Assembly (NCBI GenBank): GCA_963769015.1
Contig: CAVYKL010000008.1
Coordinates: 2,075,429-2,139,428, forward strand
From: an uncultured bacterium
GTDB lineage: Bacteria; Armatimonadota; Abditibacteriia; Abditibacteriales; Abditibacteriaceae
Direction of reading: 5' to 3'
Length of the DNA: 64,000 nt
In this document: one piece after another, positions 44,039 to 52,622 of the stretch
Layout of the letters: each line of letters begins with the position of its first letter
How positions within the stretch are numbered: position 1 is the stretch's first letter
The notes under the pieces: generated by a model
What the model saw: the letters and a program-made list of their open reading frames with translations, nothing else
Told to the model about the DNA's origin: nothing
Database searches by the model: none
Program-made: the position numbers and the translations under genes

Positions 44039-45928
44039 TTGAACCTTGAACCTACAACGTGTAACCTTGAATTGATGCTATCGAACTCCACGCCGCTGAC
44101 GACGAATCGCGGATTACTTGACTGGGTAAAAGAAAAAGCGGCGCTATTTCAGGCCGAACAGGTTCACTGGTGCGACGGTTCTGACGACGAATTTCAGGCG
44201 CTTTGCGATTTGATGGTGCAAAACGGCACCGCCGTGCGGCTTAATAATACGCTGCGCGCCGGTTCGCTTTTGGTGCGCACCGATCCGCGCGATGCGTCCG
44301 ATTGCTCGTGTTTCATTGCCGAGCGCACCTTTCTTTGCACGCGCCGCGAAGACGATGCCGGGCCGACGAACAACTGGCACGATCCGCTGGAAATGAAGCG
44401 GCGTTTTAATCGCTTATTTGAGGGCGTCATGCGCGGGCGCACGATGTTTGTGGTGCCGTTTGTGATGGGGCCGCCCGGTTCGTCGTTTGCGCGTTTTGGT
44501 GTGCAACTGACTGATTCGCCTTACGTCGCCGCCAGTTTGAAAATCCTCACGCGCATGGGACAAATCGCATTGGATGAACTGGGCGAAAACGACTTCGCGC
44601 CGTGTTTGCATTCAGTAGGGTATCCGCTTTTGCCGGGCGAAACTGATGTGCCGTGGCCGTGCGACATTGATAATTTTTTGCTTGCACATTTTCCCGAAGA
44701 ACGACAGGTCTGGAGCTACGGCAGCGGATACGGTGACAACGCTTTACTTAGTCGCAAAAGTTTGGGATTGCGCATCGCCAGTGCGATGGCGCGCGATGAA
44801 GGCTGGCTCGCCGAACATATGCTGGTGTTGGGCCTCAGTAATCCGCAACAGCGCAAAATCTATGTCGCGGCGGCCTTTCCGCCCGGTTGCGGCAAAACCA
44901 ATTTAGCGATGCTCGCGCCTGCCTCGGCGCAGTGGAAAATCGAAACCATCAGCGATCATATCGTGTGGATGAAATTCGGCATTGATGAACGCTTGCACGC
45001 CGTCAATCCCGAAGCCGGATTTTGCAGCGCCATCAACGGCATCAACGAAGAAACTAATTTTCACGCGCTGCGCACTGTGGCGAAAAATACGATCTTCACG
45101 AACACCGCGCAAACGCCCGGCGGCGATGTTTGGTGGGAAGGACTCACTTCCAAACCGCCCGCGCGACTAATTGACTGGCAAGGCAAAAACTGGACGCCCG
45201 CCGATGGCAAAGCCGGAAATACTGCCGCGCATCCCAACGCGCGTTTTACGGCGCCGCTTTCGCAATGTCCGGTGCTCGATGCGCGCTGGAACGACCCAAA
45301 TGGCGTGCCGCTTTCGGCACTCATTTTTGGCGCGCGGCGCGCTGACACTTGGCCGCTGGCATTTGAAGCATTTAATTGGCAACACGGCGTTTTTCTTGGT
45401 TCGATTATGGCCTCCGAAATCGCCGAAGAAGCGACTGAATCCCTTGCGGAAGGCGAAATCTGCGTGCGGCGCGACCCATTTGCGACGCGGCGCTTTTGTG
45501 GTTATCACATCGCCGATTATTTTGGTTATTGGCTGCGCCTTGCGCGCCTCACTTCGGCCTCACATCTGCCGCGCCTTTTCGCCGTCAATTTTTTTCGGCG
45601 TGACGAAAATGGCGAATTTCTCTGGCCCGGTTACAGCGAAAACATTCGCGTTTTGCAATGGATTTTCGCGCGTGTCGAATCGCAAACCCCGGTTCACCAA
45701 AGCGCCGCCGGGCTTTTGCCCGCGCCCGAAGATTTGCGCCTTGCGCGCCTTGAACTGACTGCCGAAAATTGCCGCCAACTTTTTGCCGTCTCGCCTGCCG
45801 AGTGGCGCCACGAAGCGCATGATTTGTTAGATTTTTTCGAGATATTCGGCGACCGCCTGCCCGACGAATTGCGCGACGAATTGGAAGCGTTAATCGAACG
45901 ATTGCATCCCAAATTGGAGATGATTTAA
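44039..45928 (+). CDS. pckG: Phosphoenolpyruvate carboxykinase (GTP-dependent)
   Basis: 629-aa ORF containing EGWLAEHMLVLGLSNP, the kinase-1a P-loop AAAFPPGCGKTNLAML, WMKFG and NPEAGF. Length and motif order match GTP-PEPCK. Confidence 0.75.
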   Translation: MNLEPTTCNLELMLSNSTPLTTNRGLLDWVKEKAALFQAEQVHWCDGSDDEFQALCDLMVQNGTAVRLNNTLRAGSLLVRTDPRDASDCSCFIAERTFLCTRREDDAGPTNNWHDPLEMKRRFNRLFEGVMRGRTMFVVPFVMGPPGSSFARFGVQLTDSPYVAASLKILTRMGQIALDELGENDFAPCLHSVGYPLLPGETDVPWPCDIDNFLLAHFPEERQVWSYGSGYGDNALLSRKSLGLRIASAMARDEGWLAEHMLVLGLSNPQQRKIYVAAAFPPGCGKTNLAMLAPASAQWKIETISDHIVWMKFGIDERLHAVNPEAGFCSAINGINEETNFHALRTVAKNTIFTNTAQTPGGDVWWEGLTSKPPARLIDWQGKNWTPADGKAGNTAAHPNARFTAPLSQCPVLDARWNDPNGVPLSALIFGARRADTWPLAFEAFNWQHGVFLGSIMASEIAEEATESLAEGEICVRRDPFATRRFCGYHIADYFGYWLRLARLTSASHLPRLFAVNFFRRDENGEFLWPGYSENIRVLQWIFARVESQTPVHQSAAGLLPAPEDLRLARLELTAENCRQLFAVSPAEWRHEAHDLLDFFEIFGDRLPDELRDELEALIERLHPKLEMI

Positions 45929-46692
45929 TGACTTGGCATTTAACGCAGCAAACTTATAAAACCGTGCGCGCGGCGCACTATGAAGTGGCGATTTTGCCGA
46001 TTGGCTCGTGTGAGCCGCATAATTTTCATTTGCCTTATGGCACCGATACATTGCAAGCCGATGGCATCGCGAATTTAGTTTGCGAAAGTGCCGCCGCGCA
46101 AGGCGCGCAGGTCGTAAAACTGCCGTGCATTCCTTACGGAGTGCAAAGTAATATGTTGGAATTGCCACTCGCCATCAACGTTTATCCGTCCACATTTTTT
46201 GCGCTATTAAAAGACATCGTGGATTCGCTGGAAAATTCTGGCATCCGCAAATTGCTAATTCTCAACGGACATGGCGGCAACGATTTTCTAAAGCCTTTCG
46301 TGCGCGAAATGATGGGCAAAAGCGATGTTTTTATTGCTGTATCCGACTGGTGGAAAGTAGGCGCCGATGTTTACGACGAGATTTTTGAAGTGCGCGACGA
46401 CCACGCCGGCGAAATGGAAACCAGCGTCATTTTAAAAATGGCGCCGGAATTGGTAGATTTGGCTAACGCTTCTGACGGTGCAACCAAGAAAACACAATTT
46501 GATGCGATAAATAAAGGCTACGTTAGCATTTCGAGGCAGTGGGATTTGCTGACAGAATCTACTGGCACCGCCGACCCGCGCGCGGCTACCGCCGAAAAAG
46601 GCGAAAAGTATTTAGCGGTCATCACACAAAGGCTGGCGCAATTTGTGGTTGAACTTTCCGCAGCAGAAAGAGACGACAAATTTCCGTTTTAA
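45928..46692 (+). CDS. Creatininase-family amidohydrolase
   Basis: 254-aa ORF with EVAILPIGSCEPHNFHLPYGTD...LNGHGGN...HAGEMETS motifs. Its start overlaps the pckG stop (TAATG). Confidence 0.6.
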   Translation: MTWHLTQQTYKTVRAAHYEVAILPIGSCEPHNFHLPYGTDTLQADGIANLVCESAAAQGAQVVKLPCIPYGVQSNMLELPLAINVYPSTFFALLKDIVDSLENSGIRKLLILNGHGGNDFLKPFVREMMGKSDVFIAVSDWWKVGADVYDEIFEVRDDHAGEMETSVILKMAPELVDLANASDGATKKTQFDAINKGYVSISRQWDLLTESTGTADPRAATAEKGEKYLAVITQRLAQFVVELSAAERDDKFPF

Positions 46693-46871
46693 ACGCTTTT
46701 GGATTATTCTTTTAAAGGAGGCCTATAAATTTTCACATAGGCACCCGTTTTGCGACACTGTCACACGATTTTATAACGCTTGCGGCACTTACATTTACGT
46801 AGGGTAAGTAATACGGCTAAAAGCGCCATGATAAGAACTGTTATTTCCAACTGTAGAAATTTAGATATACA

Positions 46872-47573
46872 ATGGATTCACTCAATTCCGGCCCGTTTTC
46901 GTTTTCTGAGAACGATTTTATTACTGTTCCAGACGATGGGCGGCCCAAATATAAAATTCTTGTAGTTGAAGAAGATCACGCTATGGCCAGTCATGTGTTG
47001 ACAACATTAGCGCGGGGAGGAATGGAATGTCGCCATACACCCGATAGTCAAGTTGGACTTGAAGCACTTCGCACCAAGGATTTTCATTTACTACTGCTCG
47101 ATCTTTCGCTTCCCCAACACCGTGGACAGGAACTTTGCCGTCAGGCACGCAAAATTAGCACTTTGCCAATGATAGTTTTGATGGAACCGGACGAGCAAGA
47201 CGCGCAAATCAAATGCTTTGGCTTAGGGGCCGATGATTATTTGATAAAACCGTTTTCGTCGCATCTTCTATTGTTGCGCGTGGTGTCGCTGCTGCGACGC
47301 GCCTATGTTTATAACCATAAAAAGCATAAGCACGCTGTGTCGCTTTCTTCGATTCCTTTGGCTATGCCTGTTACGCCACAAGATTCGATAGCGCCAACCT
47401 CCTCTGAAACCGAAGGCGAATCCGGCGAACTTCCTACGGGTTGGAGTCGTTGCGATGCCTGCAATTACATAGGGCCAACGCAGAAATTTGCCACCGAAGA
47501 TGCCACAGGACGCCCCGTGATGATGTGTCCCAATTGCCATGATTCTTCTCACATTGCTTATGCTTTGGGATAA
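46872..47573 (+). CDS. Response-regulator receiver domain fused to C-terminal Cys4 zinc-ribbon
   Basis: KILVVEEDH...LLLLDLSLP...DDYLIKPF is CheY-like. The tail is CDACNY...CPNCHD. No DNA-binding output domain is recognisable. Confidence 0.55.
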   Translation: MDSLNSGPFSFSENDFITVPDDGRPKYKILVVEEDHAMASHVLTTLARGGMECRHTPDSQVGLEALRTKDFHLLLLDLSLPQHRGQELCRQARKISTLPMIVLMEPDEQDAQIKCFGLGADDYLIKPFSSHLLLLRVVSLLRRAYVYNHKKHKHAVSLSSIPLAMPVTPQDSIAPTSSETEGESGELPTGWSRCDACNYIGPTQKFATEDATGRPVMMCPNCHDSSHIAYALG

Positions 47574-47653
47574 GTCCTCTTATAAGAAAATCTATACCTA
47601 TCCCCGTTTTAAAACAGAATATCTTGGGAATGCTATAGAGCAGAGGATTTTTC

Positions 47654-48436
47654 ATGTCAAATCGTTTATCGATCTCGTCTGTTCCTGCGCGCCGTCGCGC
47701 CTTCACCCTGATTGAGCTACTTGTCGTCATAGCGATAATCGCCCTCCTCGCGGCGATTCTGTTTCCTGTTTTCGCCCGTGCTCGTGAAAATGCACGCAAG
47801 AGTTCGTGCTTGAACAATCTCAAGCAAGTCGGCCTCGGCATGATGCAATACATGCAGGATTACGATGAAACGGTCATGCCACACTGGATAGGTAGCCCCA
47901 CTTATCCGGGCACACATCGCTGGATGGATTTGTTGGGGCCCTATATCAAAAATAATCAGATTTTTATATGCCCCAGTCAGGCTAATACCCGCTATGTGCC
48001 GCGCGACATTAACAATGTCGGTAGCTACACAGGCAGCGCTGCATATTATAGCGAAGCGCCGCGCACCAGTTTTTCAATCATTGATAATAACGAGTTTGTG
48101 GGTTTATCAGAAATGGAAACGCCTTCGACGACGTATTGGATTTCCGATTCACAGGGCTTCACGGCATCGCGTCCCGATGGATTCGAGTTCGCGTTTTTGA
48201 CTGCCGATACGCTCACCATAGATAATGCATCACAACCACCAGCGATTGTCTCACCAGCAGTAATACCCGGCGGCGGCGCCATAAATCGTCGGATTCCAGC
48301 GCGACATCTTGACACGACCAATGTGCTATTTTGCGATGGTCACGTCAAGAGCGTCAAATTGAGTTATCTCTTAGAACGCGGCGGGACAGGCAATACGCTT
48401 TATACGCATTTCACTTTAGCCAAAGACCCGCAGTAA
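47654..48436 (+). CDS. DUF1559 prepilin-type N-terminal domain protein
   Basis: [38 protein letters not shown] and FCDGHVKS. A hairpin terminator follows at 48458-48500. Confidence 0.75.
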   Translation: MSNRLSISSVPARRRAFTLIELLVVIAIIALLAAILFPVFARARENARKSSCLNNLKQVGLGMMQYMQDYDETVMPHWIGSPTYPGTHRWMDLLGPYIKNNQIFICPSQANTRYVPRDINNVGSYTGSAAYYSEAPRTSFSIIDNNEFVGLSEMETPSTTYWISDSQGFTASRPDGFEFAFLTADTLTIDNASQPPAIVSPAVIPGGGAINRRIPARHLDTTNVLFCDGHVKSVKLSYLLERGGTGNTLYTHFTLAKDPQ

Positions 48437-48529
48437 AATTTATTCGCGAAAAGCAAGAAAAAGCACGAAGAACGAAAAATCTTCGTGCTTTTTCGCGTTC
48501 TTCGTGAATAACGAGATAAAATAAAAGCC

Positions 48530-49306
48530 ATGCAATTCATTGAAAACGAAGTGAAAGAAATTGGCCCCGGCGTGTGGATTCGAGTGGCGGTAGACAATAT
48601 TAGTTGGTGCGATCTTGGCGAAGGCGCCGCTGTGATTGACGCACTTGAAGACCCGACGCAAGCCGATGTGGTGCGCACCTTAATTAAAGAAACGACTGGC
48701 GAAAATTTAAAATGGGTGGTCAACACGCATTGGGATGCCGACCACATCGCGTGTAACCCGCAATGGCGCCGCGAAGGTGCGCTGGTTATCGCACATCAAT
48801 CGTGCGCTGAATCGGCGGGCGATTGGGAAGGTCGCCCCGATATTTCTTTCGATGGCAACGCGATTTTATGTGGCAAAACTGAGCGTATCGAACTGGAATG
48901 GTGGGGCGGCACTCATACGCCGTGGGACACAATTTTATGGATGCCCAACGCCAAAGTGCTACACATCGCCGATTTATTCGGTTGGGGCCTGATTCCCTGC
49001 CGTCCAACGCCCGAAAAAGTGGCGCGCCTCCACCAAGCCCTTGATCGCATTCTGGAATTCGACGCCCAAGCCGTCATTTGCGGTCACGGCCCGGTGACGA
49101 GCATTGAACATATGCGTCGTTTCAAAACCTATTTTGAAGACCTGCTGCAAAAAGTGCCGCCACTGGCCGCCAAAGGTCTTTCATTAGACGAAATCGAAGC
49201 CCAAATTCCGCCGCCGGACGATATGAAAGATTGGTGGCGCTTCGTGGATTGGAAGCACAAAAAGAATTTGGAAATGCTCATTTCGGATTATCATCCTTCA
49301 TTATAA
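48530..49306 (+). CDS. MBL-fold metallo-hydrolase
   Basis: 258-aa ORF with VVNTHWDADHIACN (HxHxDH-type) and ICGHGP motifs. Confidence 0.55.
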   Translation: MQFIENEVKEIGPGVWIRVAVDNISWCDLGEGAAVIDALEDPTQADVVRTLIKETTGENLKWVVNTHWDADHIACNPQWRREGALVIAHQSCAESAGDWEGRPDISFDGNAILCGKTERIELEWWGGTHTPWDTILWMPNAKVLHIADLFGWGLIPCRPTPEKVARLHQALDRILEFDAQAVICGHGPVTSIEHMRRFKTYFEDLLQKVPPLAAKGLSLDEIEAQIPPPDDMKDWWRFVDWKHKKNLEMLISDYHPSL

Positions 49307-49393
49307 GACAATCCAACTTGCCCCAAATAAGTTCGGCCACTGTCAAAGGGCGCGGCGCGGCGAAGAACTTCAATACGCGCTGGAGAAGCCATC

Positions 49394-49675
49394 ATGTGGA
49401 TTAAAGCCCAAAACGGCAATTTTTATCGGCGCGAATCGTTTTTCATGATAGATGTCGAAAGTGTGAAAGACGGCGGCATTCAGCACAATTATCTGCGTGC
49501 CCGCCTTACCCCGCCGCCCGCAGGCGCTTCGTTGTCCGGCTTGAAAGCCGTTGATCCCGGCGCGGTAATTTTAGGCGAATACACAACCATTGAGCAGGCC
49601 CGACAAGCACTGGCCCGCCTTTTCCCTGAACGCAGCGATATAGTCAATCTGTGCTCAGAGGAGGAATCGCGCTGA
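49394..49675 (+). CDS. Hypothetical protein (93 aa)
   Basis: ORF only. No recognisable motifs. Its end overlaps the next ORF start. Confidence 0.25.
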   Translation: MWIKAQNGNFYRRESFFMIDVESVKDGGIQHNYLRARLTPPPAGASLSGLKAVDPGAVILGEYTTIEQARQALARLFPERSDIVNLCSEEESR

Positions 49676-50046
49676 ATTTTATGAGCCAAAGTCAATTTCT
49701 CAAAGCCGAAGATTGCACGCATTTGGAACACGATTGGGGCAACCTCGATTGGTTGGCCGGGGCGCCGCTTGGCAACTCGGAAAACATGACTATCGGGCGC
49801 TGCGTTATTAAAGCAGGGAAAAGCAATCCGCTACACAGTCATCCGAATTGCGAAGAGATTTTAGTTTTGGTGCAAGGCCGCATCGCGCATACCATTGAAG
49901 AGGGCTGCGAAGTAGAAATGAATCCCGGTGATGTCATTACTATCCCGCCAATGTTGCCGCACAAAGCGCGCAGTATCGGCGAGGAAGACGCCGTAATGTT
50001 TATCGCGTTTTCCTCCGCGCACCGACAGTTTCAACTGGAAGAGTGA
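49651..50046 (+). CDS. Cupin-domain protein
   Basis: NPLHSHPNCEEILVLVQG...PGDVITIPPMLPHKA shows the two cupin motifs. The likely start is the ATG at 49681. Confidence 0.5.
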   Translation: MLRGGIALNFMSQSQFLKAEDCTHLEHDWGNLDWLAGAPLGNSENMTIGRCVIKAGKSNPLHSHPNCEEILVLVQGRIAHTIEEGCEVEMNPGDVITIPPMLPHKARSIGEEDAVMFIAFSSAHRQFQLEE

Positions 50047-51098
50047 CGATACGATTTCAAAAACGCATCCATCACCGCGCTGGTGCGTGCCGCACTTTGC
50101 GCGTTACTGGGACACGTCCCTACTCCATTTAATTCGTCCACAATCGTTTGAATTAACGGCTGTTGAATGTGCGCCGGATGCGCGATGTCGAACATTTGCA
50201 ATCCGTTTTCGCTGTGCCATTCGATTGCTTGATTGCCAAACGTCGAAAAGCGCAGGCGCCCTTTGGAACCTGTAATTTCGTTCATCTCGTAATTGTGCGC
50301 GGCATTAAAACACCAGATGCCGCTGCCAAGCGCGCCGCTTGCGTGTTGCCAATGTCCCGTTACAATATCTTCGGCAGCATACAACTGCGCTTGATTAAGC
50401 GCCGTGCCGCTACAATTTTCAATCGGCCCCAACAAAAAATCGAGCAAGTCCAAAGTGTGCGCTGCTAAATCCAAAAACAAGCCCGCGCCAGCAATTTCAG
50501 GCTGCACGCGCCAAGGCAATTTTTGCGCGTCCATCGCTTGCCCACTACGCGCATCGGTGAATTGCGACTGCTGAAAATGCTGGCACGTTACGGCGCGCAC
50601 TTGCCCGATGCCGCCGCTTTGCAAAATCTCCTGCACCTTCAAAAAACGTGGCAGCGCACGGCGATAGTAGGCCACAAAAAGCGGCGTTTGTGCCGTCTGC
50701 GCGGCTTCAATCATATGGCGGCATTCGTCAAAATTACGCGCCATCGGTTTTTCGACGTAAACCGGCTTGCCCGCTAAAGCGACGCGAACCGCGTATTCGG
50801 CATGCGAAGACGGCGGCGTGGCGATGTAAACAGCATCCACGTGCGGGTCGTCAATCAGCTTTTGCGCATCGTCATACCACTTTGGCACGTTATGGCGCGC
50901 GGCAAAATCACGTGCTTTGTCGGCGTCGCGGCGCATCACGGCAACGAGCGCGGAATTTCGCGCTTTGGCAAAGCCCGGTCCGCTTTTGGTTTCGCACACA
51001 TCGCCGCAACCAATAATTCCCCAACGAATCGTCTTTGCTGTTTCGTTCATGGCGATTAGTATAAAGTGAAGAACCAAAATTGATTCAATAGATAGCAA
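50031..51098 (-). CDS. Gfo/Idh/MocA-family oxidoreductase (cytoplasmic)
   Basis: IRWGIIGCGDVCETKSGPGF is the Rossmann motif, and YVEKPMA matches the family EKP motif. The likely start is 51050 (MNETAKT). Confidence 0.65.
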   Translation of the reverse strand: MLSIESILVLHFILIAMNETAKTIRWGIIGCGDVCETKSGPGFAKARNSALVAVMRRDADKARDFAARHNVPKWYDDAQKLIDDPHVDAVYIATPPSSHAEYAVRVALAGKPVYVEKPMARNFDECRHMIEAAQTAQTPLFVAYYRRALPRFLKVQEILQSGGIGQVRAVTCQHFQQSQFTDARSGQAMDAQKLPWRVQPEIAGAGLFLDLAAHTLDLLDFLLGPIENCSGTALNQAQLYAAEDIVTGHWQHASGALGSGIWCFNAAHNYEMNEITGSKGRLRFSTFGNQAIEWHSENGLQMFDIAHPAHIQQPLIQTIVDELNGVGTCPSNAQSAARTSAVMDAFLKSYRHSSS

Positions 51099-51240
51099 GC
51101 CAAGGTTAAAAAGAAAAAGGCACAGAAGAATTGAATCTTCTGTGCCTTTTTCTCTAAATTCTCTGCGTCCTTGTGGCGAATATTAAATCTTCAACGCGCC
51201 GGTGCTGTCGCCGAACGAATCGGTTTTGACGCCGACGCGA

Positions 51241-52547
51241 TCAAGCATTGAAATGAACAGGTTGCACATTGGCGTCGGGTTTTCGATATTTGATGTGCTG
51301 GCCCGGCGTCAGCGTGCCTGCGCCGCGTCCGGCTAACAAAATCGGCAAGTCGTCGTGATTATGTCGGTCGCCGTCGCCGATGCCCGCGCCGTAAACCACC
51401 ATGGTGTTATCGAGCAGCGAATGTTCGCCTTCGCGCGTGTTTTTCAGCTTCTCCAAAACGTAAGCCAATTGCTCGATGTGGAAGCGATTAATCTGGCGGA
51501 TTTTCTCTTGCTTTTCGGCGCTGCGGCCATGATGCGAAAGCTCGTGATGCCCTTCGCTGATGCCGATGTTGCGATAGCTGCGGTTGGAGCCATCGTTGGC
51601 GAAAGTGAAGGTGCTAATGCGCGTTAAATCGGCTTGAAACGCCAAAATCATCATGTCGCCCATCAAGCGAATATGTTCGCCCGGATCGCGCGGCGTGCCT
51701 TTGGGACTTACGCCGCCAGTAATTTCAAAGTTGCTTTTTTCAACGTAAGCAAGGCGCTGCTCAATTTCGCGGATGCCGGTGAAATACTCGTCCAATTTGC
51801 GCTTATCGCGGGTGCCGAGTTTGCTTTCTAAGTCGCGCGCGTCTTCCATCACAAAATCCAAAATGCTTTTGCGATAACGGTCACGCTGATAGCGACTGTC
51901 CGCTTCTTCGCCGCTGTCGCCGTTGCCAAATAATCGTTCAAAAACCGCGCGAGGGTTGATTTCTTTGGCAACTGGCGTGGTATCGCCGCGCCACGAAATC
52001 GTAGATTGATAGGCGCAGGAATAGCCCGAATCGCAGTTGCCCGACGTGATTGCCCTGCTCGATGCCGATTTCCAGCGACGGAAATTTCGTCAGCGCGCCC
52101 AATTTTTGCGCGGCATATTGGTCAACCGAAATGCCGTTTTTAATATCGGCGCCCGCTGTTTTGGCCGGATGCGAACCAGTTAAAAACGCCGCGCCCGAAC
52201 GCGCATGATCGCCGCCGCCATCGCCAAGCGCCCGCGCGTTTAATTGCGCGAGTCCGCTGAAAACCGAAAACTCGCCCTGCACATTTTTGAGCGGCTCCAT
52301 CATCCACGGCAATTCAAAGGCGCCTTCGGTTTTTGGCGTCCAATCGGGCATATGCATCCCGTTGGGCACAAAGCAAAACACCATGCGATTGGGTCGTGCG
52401 GCCTCTTTGGATTCGCGCTTTGCCATTCTTGCCGCTTGCTTTGCTGTCGGCAGCTTGCACAGGCGTCATTTGTTCGAGTAGCGGCAAGGCCAGAGCCGTT
52501 CCCACCCCGCTCAAAAACCGGCGGCGATTGATTGATGATTTAGACAT
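51241..52547 (-). CDS. DUF1552-family protein with TAT signal; at least 2 frameshifts
   Basis: The N-terminus MSKSSINRRRFLSGVGTALALPLLE is a TAT signal. DUF1552-like segments run through ORFs 51938..52426 and 51241..51861 (...HHELSHHG..., ...DRHNHDDLPILLAGRG). Confidence 0.55.
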
Positions 52548-52622
52548 AGTTTTAGAATTCAGGATTCAGAGTCAGAATTCAGTAGAATTTACCTTATGCT
52601 ACTGAATTCTAACTTCTCAATT

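Noticed and set aside
52560-52622. GAATTC-rich direct and inverted repeats that could be mistaken for a CRISPR-like or restriction-related feature
   Set aside because: There is a single short locus with one 13-bp inverted repeat and no repeat-spacer periodicity. It is more likely an intergenic hairpin between two co-oriented genes.
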